Below, one piece after another: positions 1-11,899 of a stretch of DNA of 64,000 nucleotides (position 1 is its first letter; every line of letters begins with the position of its first letter). Made by a program: the position numbers and the translations under genes. The notes beneath the pieces were generated by a model. The model was not told the DNA's origin. It did no database searches and saw nothing but the letters and a program-made list of their open reading frames with translations. The DNA comes from Octopus sinensis. Its lineage: Eukaryota. The DNA is taken from contig NC_042999.1 in the NCBI RefSeq assembly GCF_006345805.1, positions 129,642,001 to 129,706,000 of the forward strand, read 5' to 3'.

Positions 1-110
1 GGTATACGGGTAGAAGCACCACTTCATCTGTTTTAACGGTGTTGCTGAGTGCAGCCTGGCAGTAGCTACCTCCCGAAACTGCACCTCCACTGTTCCAAAC
101 TTTTTTTTCT
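1..110 (-). CDS. Candidate internal exon of the - strand gene, running off the window
   Basis: Acceptor atttcctaccttgccag. Two frames stay open to position 1 (EKKKFGTVEVQFREVATARL... fits phase 1; EKKVWNSGGAVSGGSYCQ... fits phase 2). Real frame unresolved. Confidence 0.3.
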
Positions 111-138
111 CTGGCAAGGTAGGAAATCCCTTGCCAGA

Positions 139-570
139 TTGTAAGTTTAACGTAGTTTAATTTTTCGAATTTTAACCAATCCTATGCCCTCTATTGAGCT
201 AAAATCATTTGCTGCGTCTAAAACAGACAACATCCTGTCACTAACCCTAACCCTAAATTTTAGCCTTTCGTTTTGTTTTTCTTAATTGTTAAATTAATTT
301 AAGGATAACAATTAAGAAAAAAAAAACGAAAGGCTAAAACGAAAGCAAAAACTCAAAACAAAAACAAAACGAATGATTTTAGACACACGCGTAACAATTA
401 GATTAATTTAACAATTAAGAAAAAAAAAAACGAAAGGCTAAAATTTAGGGTTAGGGTTAGGGTTAGTGACAGGATGATGTCTCGGTTTTAGACGCAGCAA
501 ATGATTTTAGCTCAATAGAGGGAATAGGATTGGTTAAAATTCGAAAAATTAAACTACGTTAAACTTACAA
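139..570. mobile_element. Foldback/MITE-like palindromic element with internal (TAACCC)n/(TTAGGG)n
   Basis: Arms of about 160 bp (139-~300 and ~405-570) are near-perfect reverse complements. Confidence 0.8.
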
Positions 571-1000
571 AATTACAATTTTCTCAAGAAAGCCAAGAGA
601 AAAAAATGTTTTATTTTGACACGTTCTACCAGTATACGAAGTTTAAGTGTTTAGTTAACTAGAAATTGTGTTGAAAACTGCCGTTCAAAAGGAAAAGATC
701 CTATTATTTTGTTTATAGTATTTAAATAAAATGTGAATTCTTTTTCCATTCACTTTTCTTTTTCTAAGCTAAAATTGTGACTTTTTCTCCTGTGACTATA
801 TACGGACATCCTGTTGATAAGCTGTTTTGACTTCGTTGGCATTCCGTCTCACCGAAGTATCAGACGAAACCTGTATGCTCAGCCGTTCAAGTGGTTTAAT
901 CACACGGTTACCTGGGTAATGCTGTTAATACTTTGGGGTGCCTAACAGAGTTTACAGGCGAATGCCAGTATCTCCTGGTGCGATGTATGATCGAAGGGTA

Positions 1001-1310
1001 GTGGAAGCACGAGGTTAAGTGGTTGGAGTACTCGGTTCAAGACCGTAAAGCGTCGTGGCAATGCGTCGTGTCCTTGAGCAAGACACTTTATTTCACGCTG
1101 TTCCAGTCCATTCAGCTGCAAAGAATAAGTTGTACTTGTATTTCAGCGGGTCAGCCTTGTCACATTTTGTATCACGCTAAATCTCTCTGAGAATTACATT
1201 ACGGATACGCGTGTCAGTGGAGCGCTTAGCACGTTAATTTCACAAACTGGCTCTTCCGTTCATCGGATCAGCTAGAATCTTCGTAGTAGTAACCGACGGA
1301 TGAGTGCCAA
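1001..1310 (+). mobile_element. tRNA-derived SINE, variant of family B
   Basis: A-box-like head and shared CTTGAGCAAGACACTTTATTTCACG core with 2716-3050. Confidence 0.7.
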
Positions 1311-1496
1311 GATAGTGTCAGTTCCATTTTATTTTATTTATTTTCTGATTACATTACTTTTTTTTTTACCATTTACCTTTGCAAATTGTATTGTTTTCCA
1401 ATAAAGTAGTCATAAAAAACAAATTGTAAATGACCGTATGTGTATGCATGTGTGCATGCGTAATACGTGCCTCTGTGGTGTGTGTATGTATGTATG

Positions 1497-1527
<31 letters not shown>

Positions 1528-1829
1528 CCGGTACTTACGGTACCTATACCGAAGGATCGCCATATATATATATATACTTATATATATTACTAATTTTTCT
1601 TTTCTCGCTCACTAAGAACAAACTTTCCACACGTCGTTTTCTTTCCTACTTTCATTAAGAGTACTTAAAATAATCAGCAATATTATTTAATATCTAAACA
1701 CTCTACAAGGCATAAATAAATAGTTCATAGATAAAATAGGGAAACACGGTACAACAAATTAGTTGAAAAAAAATACCTCATGAAATAAATGAATAAATAT
1801 TTACGTAAAATATATTTCAAATTATGAAA

Positions 1830-2221
1830 TCTTTATATATAAAAGTGAGGTTGTGTGCTGTCTGTCTCCTACGATTTAGATTCCTAACTACTCTCACATT
1901 TTGCGGTGCAGTTTAACCAAAACCGGGTATCTTATAGTCGTGATTCATATCGAGCCCTTCTGGGTATTAGCGCGCGTCTACGATGAGTCTACGATTTAAA
2001 AAAAAAATTACCATCAATTTTCCCCATTTTTAATGCATTTTTGGCATATATAACTCTCTAAAAATTTATTATTAAATCTCAGAACGCAAAAAGCTACAGT
2101 AACACCCCCCCCCCACTTTGTGGTTAGCCATATTGAGATGGCTATTATACTTTACATCTCTAAAAATGCTTATATAGTTATTTCCCTTACAAACCCGAGT
2201 TACGCCGGGCGATACTGCTAG
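1830..2221 (+). mobile_element. Non-autonomous Helitron
   Basis: 5' TC start, subterminal hairpin CCCGAGTTACGCCGGG, 3' CTAG end, inserted between A and T. A related 3' end lies in opposite orientation at ~2235-2265. Confidence 0.75.
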
Positions 2222-2591
2222 TTATATCTATAATACTAGCAGAGATACCCGGCCTTGCTCGGGATTAAAATGACATGGTTTTTTTTTTTGTTTTACTTGT
2301 TTCAGTCATGTGACTGCGGCCATGCTGGAAAAAAATCAACTACAGGATTTATTCTTTGTAAGCCTAGTACTTATTCTAACAGTGTATTTTGCCGAACTGC
2401 AAATCTATGGGAATGTTAAAACCGCAACATCAGTTGTCAATCAATGGTGGGGGCTATAAACACACACAAACACAAATATACATATATATATGACAGACTA
2501 CCTTCAGTTTCCGAGTACAAAACCCACTCACAAAACTGAGGCTATAATATATATGTACATGAGTGTTTATAAATAAATATATATGTATATA

Positions 2592-2629
<38 letters not shown>

Positions 2630-2638
2630 TATATATAT

Positions 2639-2669
<31 letters not shown>

Positions 2670-2672
2670 GTA

Positions 2673-2715
<43 letters not shown>

Positions 2716-2718
<3 letters not shown>

Positions 2719-3046
2719 GAAGGCGCGTGGCTCAGTGGTTAGAGCGTCGAGCTTACGATCGTGAGGTTGTGAGCTCGAATCCCGGACCAGGCTGCGTGCT
2801 GTGTTCTTGAGCAAGACACTTTATTTCACGTTGCTCCAGTTCACTCAGCTGAGTTGCGACGTCACAGGTGCTAAGCTGTATCGGCCCTTGCCTTTCCCTT
2901 GGACAACATCGGTGACGTGGAGAGGGGAGGCCGGTATGCATGGACGACTGCTGGTCTTCCATGAAACAACCTTGCCCAGACTTGTGCCTCAGAGAGTAAC
3001 TCTCTAGGTGCAAACCCATGGTCAGTGTCTGACCGAAGGGGGTCAC

Positions 3047-3050
<4 letters not shown>
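2716..3050 (+). mobile_element. tRNA-derived SINE family B, near full length, CpG-intact
   Basis: A box TGGCTCAGTGG, B box AGCTCGAATCC; second copy at 55692-56025. Confidence 0.85.
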
Positions 3051-3086
<36 letters not shown>

Positions 3087-3371
3087 AGTTATTTCCCTTG
3101 CAATTGTTTAATATGTTTAGATTAAACTGCTGGAGTGAGTCACGTCCCTTGTATTAAAGACTTTTGTTACCTGAAACATAAGGGGTCGGTTTATCGATTT
3201 TTTTAAATGGCTTTGCGGGGTGACTGGGGAAATGTAAAGATGTGCTCGACCACCCTTGGACGGTTTTGAATGACCATAGAAAGTGCGAGCCCTCTAACTG
3301 AAAAATTGTGGATTTGTATAAAGGATACACACACAGACATTTTGCTGCTTATAAGAGATGATACACACACA

Positions 3372-3497
3372 CATGTATGTATGTATGTATGTATGTATGC
3401 ATGTATGTATGTATGTATGTATGCATGTATGTATGTATGTATGTATGCATGTATGTATGTATGTATGTATGTATGTATGTATGTATGTATGTATGTA
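3372..3497. repeat. (TATG)n microsatellite
   Basis: Read directly. Others include (TA)n at 2575-2712, 33335-33480 and 34880-35056, and (CA)n at 26700-26790 and 28455-28510. Confidence 0.95.
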
Positions 3498-3885
3498 CAC
3501 ACACGAGTGTGCCTCCTACCGACTTTGTTTTCTCATAATTTACAGAAAAATGAATATTTTTAATGAAATCAAGAAATAACTTTCAGATGGTGTATATTAC
3601 GAATATATCGGAGATTTAATGTTAAAAATAAATGGTGGACGAATACACATATATACAACATTTTTTTTTTTTCAAGTTTCATTTTATAGACATGTGTCAG
3701 CACGTATGTGTGTGCGACTACAAAGTTTTTATTTTTTTTCAGTGTTAAATTTCGAGATAATCTGAAAACATTTGTAGAAAATTTCATAGAAAAGTATCCA
3801 TAATTCTGAAAGTTGTGGGGAAACAACGTCGTTGGGGGCGGGGGTACATTTGTATAGGTATGCTTATGTATGTATGTATGTATGT

Positions 3886-3961
<76 letters not shown>

Positions 3962-5732
3962 ATACATACTACCACCGAAGGAAGACATTACTTTATTAAC
4001 AGGGAGGGGCGTCAAATCAAGTTTAGGCATATTTTAGAAGTTTCTAAATCTTGACTTCGTTTCCTGGCGACTTACACAGGTGGTGTAACAGAGTTGCTAT
4101 GGAGGTGTTCGTTATTCTAACAATATACTCATAAGTAAACTTTTAAGCTTTTTAAATTATAAGACTTTTTCTCTGCAATCTACGATTCCTTTTTGAATGA
4201 ATTTGATTCCAGCCTAAATGTAGAACAAAAATGTACCAGCAAAAGTTAGTCATGTATTCATTAATTCACAAAGGTAAACTTTATATTTTTTTTTATTTTG
4301 AATTAGATTATTCGGCATACCTACACAATTGTGTCCTACCGACTTTGTTTCATGGCCACTTTTAGAAAATTGATATTATTTTGGCAATGGAATTTTCTAC
4401 AAACACCTTTCAAATGGTATATTAATCCGATAACGTCGAAAATTTAATACATTAAAAAAAAAAAAAGAATAAGACACAATAAAAAGAAAAAATAATGGTC
4501 GCGCATATATACTGATGCATCAATATATCTTACAAACCGAAACTTCCAATTCTGAATAAAATTGTGTTGAATATTAGTATGTATATGTGCGCGCTTACCT
4601 TTTTTTTTTTCTTTTTTTTTTTTTTGCATTAAATACCGATATGGTCGTAATCTAAACGTCTGAAGGATACTTTTTTAATCTTTCATTTGTTTCAGTCATT
4701 TGACTGCGGTCTTGAAGGACTTAGTCGAACAAATCGACCTCAGTACTCATTTTTTGCTAAAATTCTGGTACATATAGGCGCAGGAGTGGCTGTGTGGTAA
4801 GTAGCTTGCTTACCAACCACATGGTACCGGGTTCAGTCCCACTGCGTGGCATCTTGGGCAAGTGTCTTCTACTATAGCCTCGGGCCGACCAAATCCTTGT
4901 GAGTGGATTTGGTAGACGGAAACTGAAAGAAGCCCGTCGTATATATGTATATATATGTGTGTGTGTCTGTGTTTGTCCCCCTAGCATTGGTTGACAACCG
5001 ATGATGGTATGTTTCGTTTCTCTATTAGTAATTTTACTCGCGTATCTATCTTAAAATGAGCTGCTTGGCGGAGGTCTGCGGAGGATGACATGACAAGCCT
5101 TGACTATTGGGATCGGCTCAAAAATCTCAGGCTTTGATCCCTCCACCGCCGCTGTGAAACTAGCTTGCTCTTGTCATTGATTATTATAACTGCTTCAGAT
5201 GATTCCTGTTTTTAGAGTGTTTTTTTTTTTTAATCATATAGCTGTGATTTTTTAAAACTCCGCCAAAGAGGTTATGTTTTTGCCGGCGCTGGTTTGGAAA
5301 ATTGGGCGATTTTTAGCATGCGTGTATATGGGTGGAAATGCGCTCTCCGAGTGCTTTTCTAGTTTGCTTTTGTTTTGGACTGAAAATTTTTTGTATTTTA
5401 ATTTGCTTGAATAAACTTCTTCGCATACAAAAGCCGAGACAACTATACTTCATAGTTGTTATTTTGAAGTGCCTGCCTTCTGATATTCATGAGTCCATTG
5501 AATAAATATTCAACCCTATCAAATATTGGCCAGTTCCAGCCTTAAATAAATTTAACTTGTACTTTTAAAGATGTTCTTTAGGATAAAGTAAAATACAGCT
5601 ATAAATAAAAGGTGCGTAGATTATGAATTTTGATTGAAGAGATGAGGCCATGAAACAAAAAGTTGCTAGGGGCCTCTAAAAGTCATGCGACGGCCCTAAT
5701 TAAAAAATATCTTTTTTTCTGAAAGTTATGAG

Positions 5733-6500
5733 GGATCTTTTCACTTTGACCAGCAGATTTTTAAAATAATTTCTTTGTAACTAAACACTTTAAAACTTCG
5801 TATACTGGTAGTGTGTTAGATAAAACAACTTTTTCTCTTGGCTTTCTTGAGAAAATTCTGTAGTTTGTAAGCTATTTGCTATTTCATTTCTTGTATTTCG
5901 GCAATTTCAACCAATCAATGACGTCTGTTGAGGTGAATACAATTTCTGCTGTAGTTTGTCAACAACATTTTCTGGTGGTGTCATATCAATGTGTCACTGT
6001 TATTTATGACATATTTCATATCAGTTACCTTCGTATGAATAAAAGATTATCATTATTAAACTTTTATTAATAAACACATATTCTAAGTTCACAACATATG
6101 CAGTTTTAATTTTGCTCTCTGTTGCACAGATACACCCATTACATATTACATATTCGTTTAAGAAACAGATTGGGTTTATTTACATTTCTGAAGAAAAAAA
6201 TATACCCTTCCCCCACCCCGAACCCTAACCCTAAAACAGATTCAAATGCAACAGATCGATACTAGGGTCATAATTATGGGTGGATACTAAAGAGGGAACG
6301 GTTTTATTATCCAACTCTGTTTACGAGTGACCCCTCAGTTTATGGCCACAGGGTATTTTTTTTCTCATAAATAACAGTGACAAATTCATATGACACCTCC
6401 AGAAAATGTTGTTGACAAACTACGGCAGAAATTGTATTCGCCTCAATAGACGTCATTGATTGGTTGAAATTGCCGAAATGCAAGAAACGAAACAACAAAT
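5733..6500. mobile_element. Non-autonomous DNA element with a GGATCTTTT terminus; related pieces at 571-690, 13163-13493 and 21050-21289
   Basis: Shared GGATCTTTTC/GAAAAGATCC end and shared CAATAGACGTCATTGATTGGTTGAAATTG core; 5870-5995 is inverted at ~6385-6500. Superfamily not assigned. Confidence 0.65.
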
Positions 6501-6888
6501 ACGCACTTCGATCAGAACTCCGTCAAAACGTTATGTCAATTGAAGTTGAGCTGTAATTTTGCCCTTGCACACAGCAAGAAATAACATAATTCGCGCGCAA
6601 AAGAAGTTATTTTTACCAGGTTTAGTCATTTTTGTGATAACATAGTCTCTCGGTACATTTTTGTGATAACATAGTCTCTCGGTACATTCTAATGAAAAAA
6701 GTGAAAGAAAGAGATAATGCTACTTTCTCTTTGGAAGAGAAATTAATTTTAGTGTTGATAGAAAAAAAAACAGGAAAAAACCCAGAAGCAGTCAGGTGGA
6801 GCGGGAGAATGTGCTTTTTGAGCAAAATCCTAGTCTCCTATATCGAAAACATAGGAATCCGAAGAAATTTTGGAAAAAAAAAGGAGTA

Positions 6889-7055
6889 TAGGCGCAGGAG
6901 TGGCTGTGTGGTAAGTAGCTTGCTAACCAACCACATGGTTCCGGGTTCAGTCCCACTGCGTGGCATCTTGGGCAAGTGTCTTCTGCTATAGCCTCGGGCC
7001 GACCAATGCCTTGTGAGTGGATTTGGTAGGCGGAAACTGAAAGAAGCCTGTCGTA

Positions 7056-7110
<55 letters not shown>

Positions 7111-7314
7111 ATCTGTGTTTGTCCCCCTAGCATTGCTTGACAACTGATGCTGATGTGTTTACGTCCCCGTCACTTAGCGGTTCGGCAAAAGCGACCGATA
7201 GAATAAGTACTGGGCTTACAAAGAATAAGTCCCGGGGTCGATTTGCTCGACTAAAGGCGGTGCTCCAGCATGGCCGCAGTCAAATGACTGAAACAAGTAA
7301 AAGACTAAAAGAGA
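6889..7314 (+). mobile_element. tRNA-derived SINE family A, full length, with internal (TA)n/(TG)n tract
   Basis: Head GGCGCAGGAGTGGCTGTGTGGTAAG...GGTTCAGTCCC; tail GACTGAAACAAGTAAAAGA. Partial or older copies at ~2290-2547(-), 4776-5012(+), 14420-14610(-), 19020-19195(-), 24270-24640(+), 29940-30050(+), 30250-30580(+), 36650-37040(-), 49380-49742(-), 50490-50640(-), 53240-53612(-). Confidence 0.9.
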
Positions 7315-7329
7315 GAGTTGGAGGCGCAA

Positions 7330-7690
7330 CTGTTAAAATAACACGTTTTCAAAATTTTAATCTTCCCTTCCGCACCCCATTTTTTACATTTTTAACTTTT
7401 TACGATTTCTTTTTGTTTTTTGTAATTCACCTAGAAAAATACAGAGATTACGAATCTTTAAGAATTTTTTTAAAGACTCTTTCTTAAAGAAATCCTCAAA
7501 TCCCTTCTCCAGCCTCCGCATATCACCTCCCCACTTTCAAAAAGCTAAAAATCCGAAAGTGAAACGTTCGGAGTTTTTAGCTTTTTCAAGGCTAAAAAAT
7601 TAAAAGCAAAAATTCGAAAAAAGTTAAAATTGAGAAATTGAGTTGGGGAGGGGGGAAATTAAAATTTTGAAAACGTGATTTTTGGTTAAA
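7330..7690. mobile_element. Palindromic MITE-like element
   Basis: CACGTTTTCAAAATTTTAAT near 7340 and its reverse complement near 7660-7680; internal hairpin AAAGCTAAAAATCCGAA...TTCGGAGTTTTTAGCTTT. Confidence 0.55.
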
Positions 7691-7989
7691 ATCGCATTCT
7701 TTTATATCGAAAACAGAAATCCGAAGAAATTTTGGAAGAAAAAAAAGTCGGAAATGGGTGGTGTGCACGCGATTTACCTTTACCGGTTAAGTCCTCTCTG
7801 ATAGCAGAGTTCCACAGCCTACAGAGCTGAGAATACGATCGTTCATTGAGTTTAATACATACCACTTGTCAATAAATTTACTGGCGAGCAGCAACTCCTT
7901 TCTCCAAGTGAAATGAAGGCTTGCTCGATGAGTAAAATGTCTATCCTCTATCCCACACAACACAACCTCTTTTGCAATAACCGCTAGAT

Positions 7990-8546
7990 CAGGGGTCGGC
8001 AAACCGGGGTAAATTACTCGAAGTGGGGTAAAAATGAAATTTTGTTGGGTAATGAGGATTCATTAGACATAGGTAAAATTATATTAAAAAAAAAAACATG
8101 TTCTTTGTTACAACTGTAATTCTTCTGAAAGTCAAAAAGTTGCTGCCTTTTACAACAACCAACCTTTGCAAACAAAGATTTTCCACTCTAGCGAACATAA
8201 AAACAGCAGAGTAATCGATTAGACACCGAAGATTGTATCCAAATTAATCTAGCATCAAAATGTCCCAATTTTAATATAATTGTAACAAAAATGAAACATC
8301 ATTTCTCCAAAACCTGAAGTGAAAAAGTTTCTAGAGAAATCCTTTTGTTTCATAATGAGGATATTCATTTATTTTATCGCATTTGTTTTATACTTTTTAT
8401 ATTTGTAATTGCATTCTCGATATAAATAGATTCAACAAACCTTTTGAATTCAAAGAATTTATGATTTTATTCCTTTCAAATCAATCGGGTAACGTCGGCG
8501 TAAATATATTTTGGGGAAATTGGTTAAAAAAAGTTCCCTAACCCTT
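7990..8546 (+). mobile_element. hAT-type MITE
   Basis: Ends CAGGGGTCGGCAAAC...GTTCCTAACCCTTG; 8-bp TSD cgctagat/cactagat. Confidence 0.85.
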
Positions 8547-8701
8547 GCACTAGATAAACCCTTCCTCACTAAAAATAGGTAGCGGGGAGATCATAATGTG
8601 TTAGATCAATATCCAGATCTTCCCCCAATACAATACAGTAAGAAAGAGTAAAGTAATTTCTTAACTTATTTAAATTTTCTTTATTCGCTCGACAATATTT
8701 T

Positions 8702-9382
8702 TTGTGTAGCCAACCTATTACAATGGTCTCTCAAGTGGGAACAAGCAGAGTTGGTGTGAAATTAGTTGATGATCTTAACTTTGTTTGTAGGTTAGATATA
8801 AAATACGATGAAAATAGACAATGTAAAGCAAGAGTGCACACCGTGCTGGAAAATGATAATTTATCTGTATGTAAAACATTCGGCGAGCATTGCCATCCTT
8901 CTCATCCTTCAAAACCGAAAGTTTACATTGCAAGAACGAAATTGAAATCATTAGCCACTAATTCACAAAATTCTGCACAGTCGTTAATTGAAGAAATTTC
9001 ATCTAGTTTAGATGATAATGCATTGTCACTGAATCCAACGTCATATTAGAGGTTGGAGGCAAAAGAAAAGCCAAGCTATCCCGATCTCAATTGGAAGAAG
9101 TGGGTATATAATACCTGAAGAATATAGATTTCTTGAAAATTGTGAGAAGTTTTTATTATACGATAGTGGTGAAGATAATCCGGAGAGAATTTTAGTGTAT
9201 GGGACACAAGCTGGTTTAGATGACCTTGAGAATAATAAGGATTGGGCTTGTGATGGAACTTTTAAATGCAGCCCAGATGTATATTAGTTGTTCACGTTAC
9301 ATATTGTCGTATGAAATATTAGCATACCACGTCTCTTTGTTTTGCTACCTAGTAAATCGCAAGTAACATACAAAAGGCTGGT
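8702..9382 (+). pseudogene. Degenerate FLYWCH-like plus MULE (Mutator) transposase
   Basis: CKARVHT..GEHCH zinc-finger-like segment, then FLLYDSG..RILVYGT..DWACDGTFKCSPDVY*LFTLH and PRLFVLLPSKSQVTYKRL, with in-frame stops. Confidence 0.8.
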
Positions 9383-9687
9383 CCAAAGCTGGCTGCTCGA
9401 ATACTGGAGGTCATCTACCTGGTGAATTATGCGCCAATTGGTTTCTTTGAGGTGACAAAGGGTCACCTTTTAGAACATCTGAGTAAGCCATATCACGCCA
9501 TAGCTTCACGTTGAACGGTCGAGTTATATATCAATCACTGTGGTGGCTCACTCATGGTACCTGAGTATCTCACTACCTGAGTATCTAGCAGTCAGGGTTC
9601 GAATACCTGCTACAGATTATTTGCTTGAAGTATTGTATTAATATGTAGTCCAAATTCCACCGAGGTCGACTTTACCGTTCATTCTTT

Positions 9688-10410
9688 AAGAGAAGCTTGA
9701 CTTGGGTAAACACCCCCTCCATCTTGGAACCATCTGAGTTGTCCAGGTGCGATGGGAAAAGTCCTGACGGCCTCATCCTGTGCCCCTGGTCGAGAGATAT
9801 ATACCTTGTCTGGGTCGTCACATTCAGCGACTTCTTTGCTTCTTCTCACATCCTGGATGCTGCGGCCAGGACGAGACCCACAGCTTCTGCGGCCGAGCGG
9901 AACAAATTCCTGAAGTACCGCGATCTGTCAGCCAACTACATTTTTCATCCTGTGGCGTTCGAGACGTTTGGTGGGGTCGGACCACTGACTGCAAGATTCC
10001 TGTCTTCACTGGCAGCTCGCCTAGCAGAGGTAACTGGTGAAGCTCGTGAGGACGCTTGGTTGTTCCAGCGCATCAGCCTCGCCATCACCCGCAGCATCGC
10101 TGCAAGCGTGCTGGCGTACCTCAATAGTCATTAGAGAGATTTTCCAGCGCCCCTAAGGTGGTGAATTGTTTTTGTTATTTTTTTTTTTTTGTGTTTCTTA
10201 TTTTGTAATTTTTTTCAATTGTGTTCTGTTTCGTCCATTTTTCTAATTTAATTTTTTCTGTTTTTTCTTTCTAATTTATGTCATATTTTTTCTATAATTT
10301 ATGTCATATGTTTATGAATAAAATACAATGTTTTATTGTTGTAAATTACAAAAAAATGTAAATTAGTCTTCCAAAACAGTTAACTTTGAATAAAAGTTCA
10401 CTTCATTTGT
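9688..10410 (+). mobile_element. 5'-truncated CRE-clade non-LTR retrotransposon (RLE endonuclease end plus 3' UTR)
   Basis: ORF 9697..10134: EPSELSRCDGKSPDGLILCPW..YLVWVVT..AAERNKFLKY..FHPVAFETFGGVG..FQRISLAITR..AASVL. This is the CRE/MoTeR-type PD-(D/E)xK C-terminus; the usual WD is WV here. Confidence 0.8.
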
Positions 10411-10880
10411 TAAAAATGAAGAGTACCAGTTGAACACAAGGGTTAAGGTAATTGACTTATCCGCTTCTCCGAAATTGCTGGCCTTGTGCCAAAATTTGAA
10501 ACCAACATATAGATTATACCTACATGTTTAGTACAATTTACACAAATGGTGTTTGTTCATATGGACTAAAAAAAATTAGAGAATATTATGAGATATTATC
10601 AGTTTTATAGCAGCTTTGTGGTATATAGGGATTTAATCGTGTGCTATTCATAAAGAAAATAAGACTGTTTCTTCGGTAAATATAGAGATTATCTTGAATA
10701 CTTGTGCACTAGGTAGATCTGTTCATATTGAAGGATGATTTCAAAATCTCCCAAGAAATAATGGCCAAATCTCACTCATAACACCTAGTTATAAAAAAGA
10801 CACATCTGATGAAATAGTCCTGATACCCATAAAAAGATGGTTTTAATATATTTGATCATAAGTGTTCGAGCAGGATTTAC

Positions 10881-10923
10881 CTGGAGCCTGTCGATTCTCT
10901 GATGATGGATACATCGTGTCCAT
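10881..10923 (-). CDS. Candidate first coding exon of an unidentified - strand gene (MDTMYPSSENRQAP+G)
   Basis: On - strand: ttttttatttgaataacag|ATG...CCAG|gtaaat; 43 nt; non-repetitive context. Confidence 0.45.
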
Positions 10924-11899
10924 CTGTTATTCAAATAAAAAACCGACGTCAATATGGTTTTGTATCATCTGGGGACTTCGAAACCAAACATTGAATGTCC
11001 AAACTCTATGTTGTCCATGATACTGATTTCCTTATCTCAAGAATCTTTGAATTTAATCTTTTATAATTCACCTCCCCCCAAAGCAGTCAAAATGAGGTTA
11101 CTTTTTGCCCTTTGGCGAAAGGATACCTCATTTTTTTTTCTCTAAAGGTCATTGAACCTCTGAGACGATAATTATTTTTGCATGAGTTGTTTGAAAATCG
11201 TGAATACACTGTAGACCATTTTTCCTGACCTTTTTGTTTCTCTGTATACTTTCCTTTACTTATTTCACCATCCCGATTTTTCTTCCCATGAGATAAGAAA
11301 AAAGTAATCTTGTATATAACACAGTTCCTTATATAACATTGACAGCCATATATTCACTTAGCATTGGCTTCCTTAAATCAACATTAAGGAAAACAAATAT
11401 AATGAAAGCAGTTCGAAAAATGATAAAGAATTTTTCACACAAAAATTCAATTTCCCCCTTGAAAATCCCAAATTTCTTTCTGGAATCCTGAAATCTACAC
11501 CCGAATGGAAATTTTCTTCTGCAGTTTTAGACTGAGCTGAATACTCCCGAGCTAAGCTGAGATTTACTTAAACTGACAAACGAAACAGTATTTGAGATAA
11601 CAGATTGTCTACAAGTTTATATGGGTGGTAATCAGTTTGAACTTGATATCTACTTTCTTCCCCTGTTTTTTAAATTTTTTTTTTATAGGACTGATGTCAT
11701 GTTGTATTAGGCATAGTAAGTGGAATATATTGTCACTGAACACAATACGACTATATGGATTCAAATCCCAACTGGCGACTGCCGCGTCTTAATAACAGAG
11801 AGCTGACGCTGGATTCTTACGAAGGGGCGAACATAGTTCCAAGTCAAAGTTCATACAGATACATTGCATAATGTAGTCTACATGCACTAAGTCCGTATA

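Noticed and set aside
445-465. TTAGGG arrays as a telomere or fusion site
   Set aside because: Only 3-4 units, embedded in TIR elements.
790-975. Possible further - strand exons (RYWHSPVNSV...; VSSDTSVRRNANEVK...)
   Set aside because: Weak acceptors, phase incompatible with the 10881 exon, and no recognisable homology.
2716-2800. tRNA-like sequences (also 6889, 55692 and others)
   Set aside because: A/B boxes continue into SINE bodies without a full cloverleaf; these are SINE heads, not tRNA genes.
6628-6688. 31-bp tandem duplication (also a ~27-bp one near 46221-46270)
   Set aside because: Ordinary slippage-type duplications with no further structure.
10899-10925. CTGATGA followed by a 7-bp hairpin on the + strand
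   Set aside because: No GAAA after the stem, so not a hammerhead; better explained as the - strand exon.
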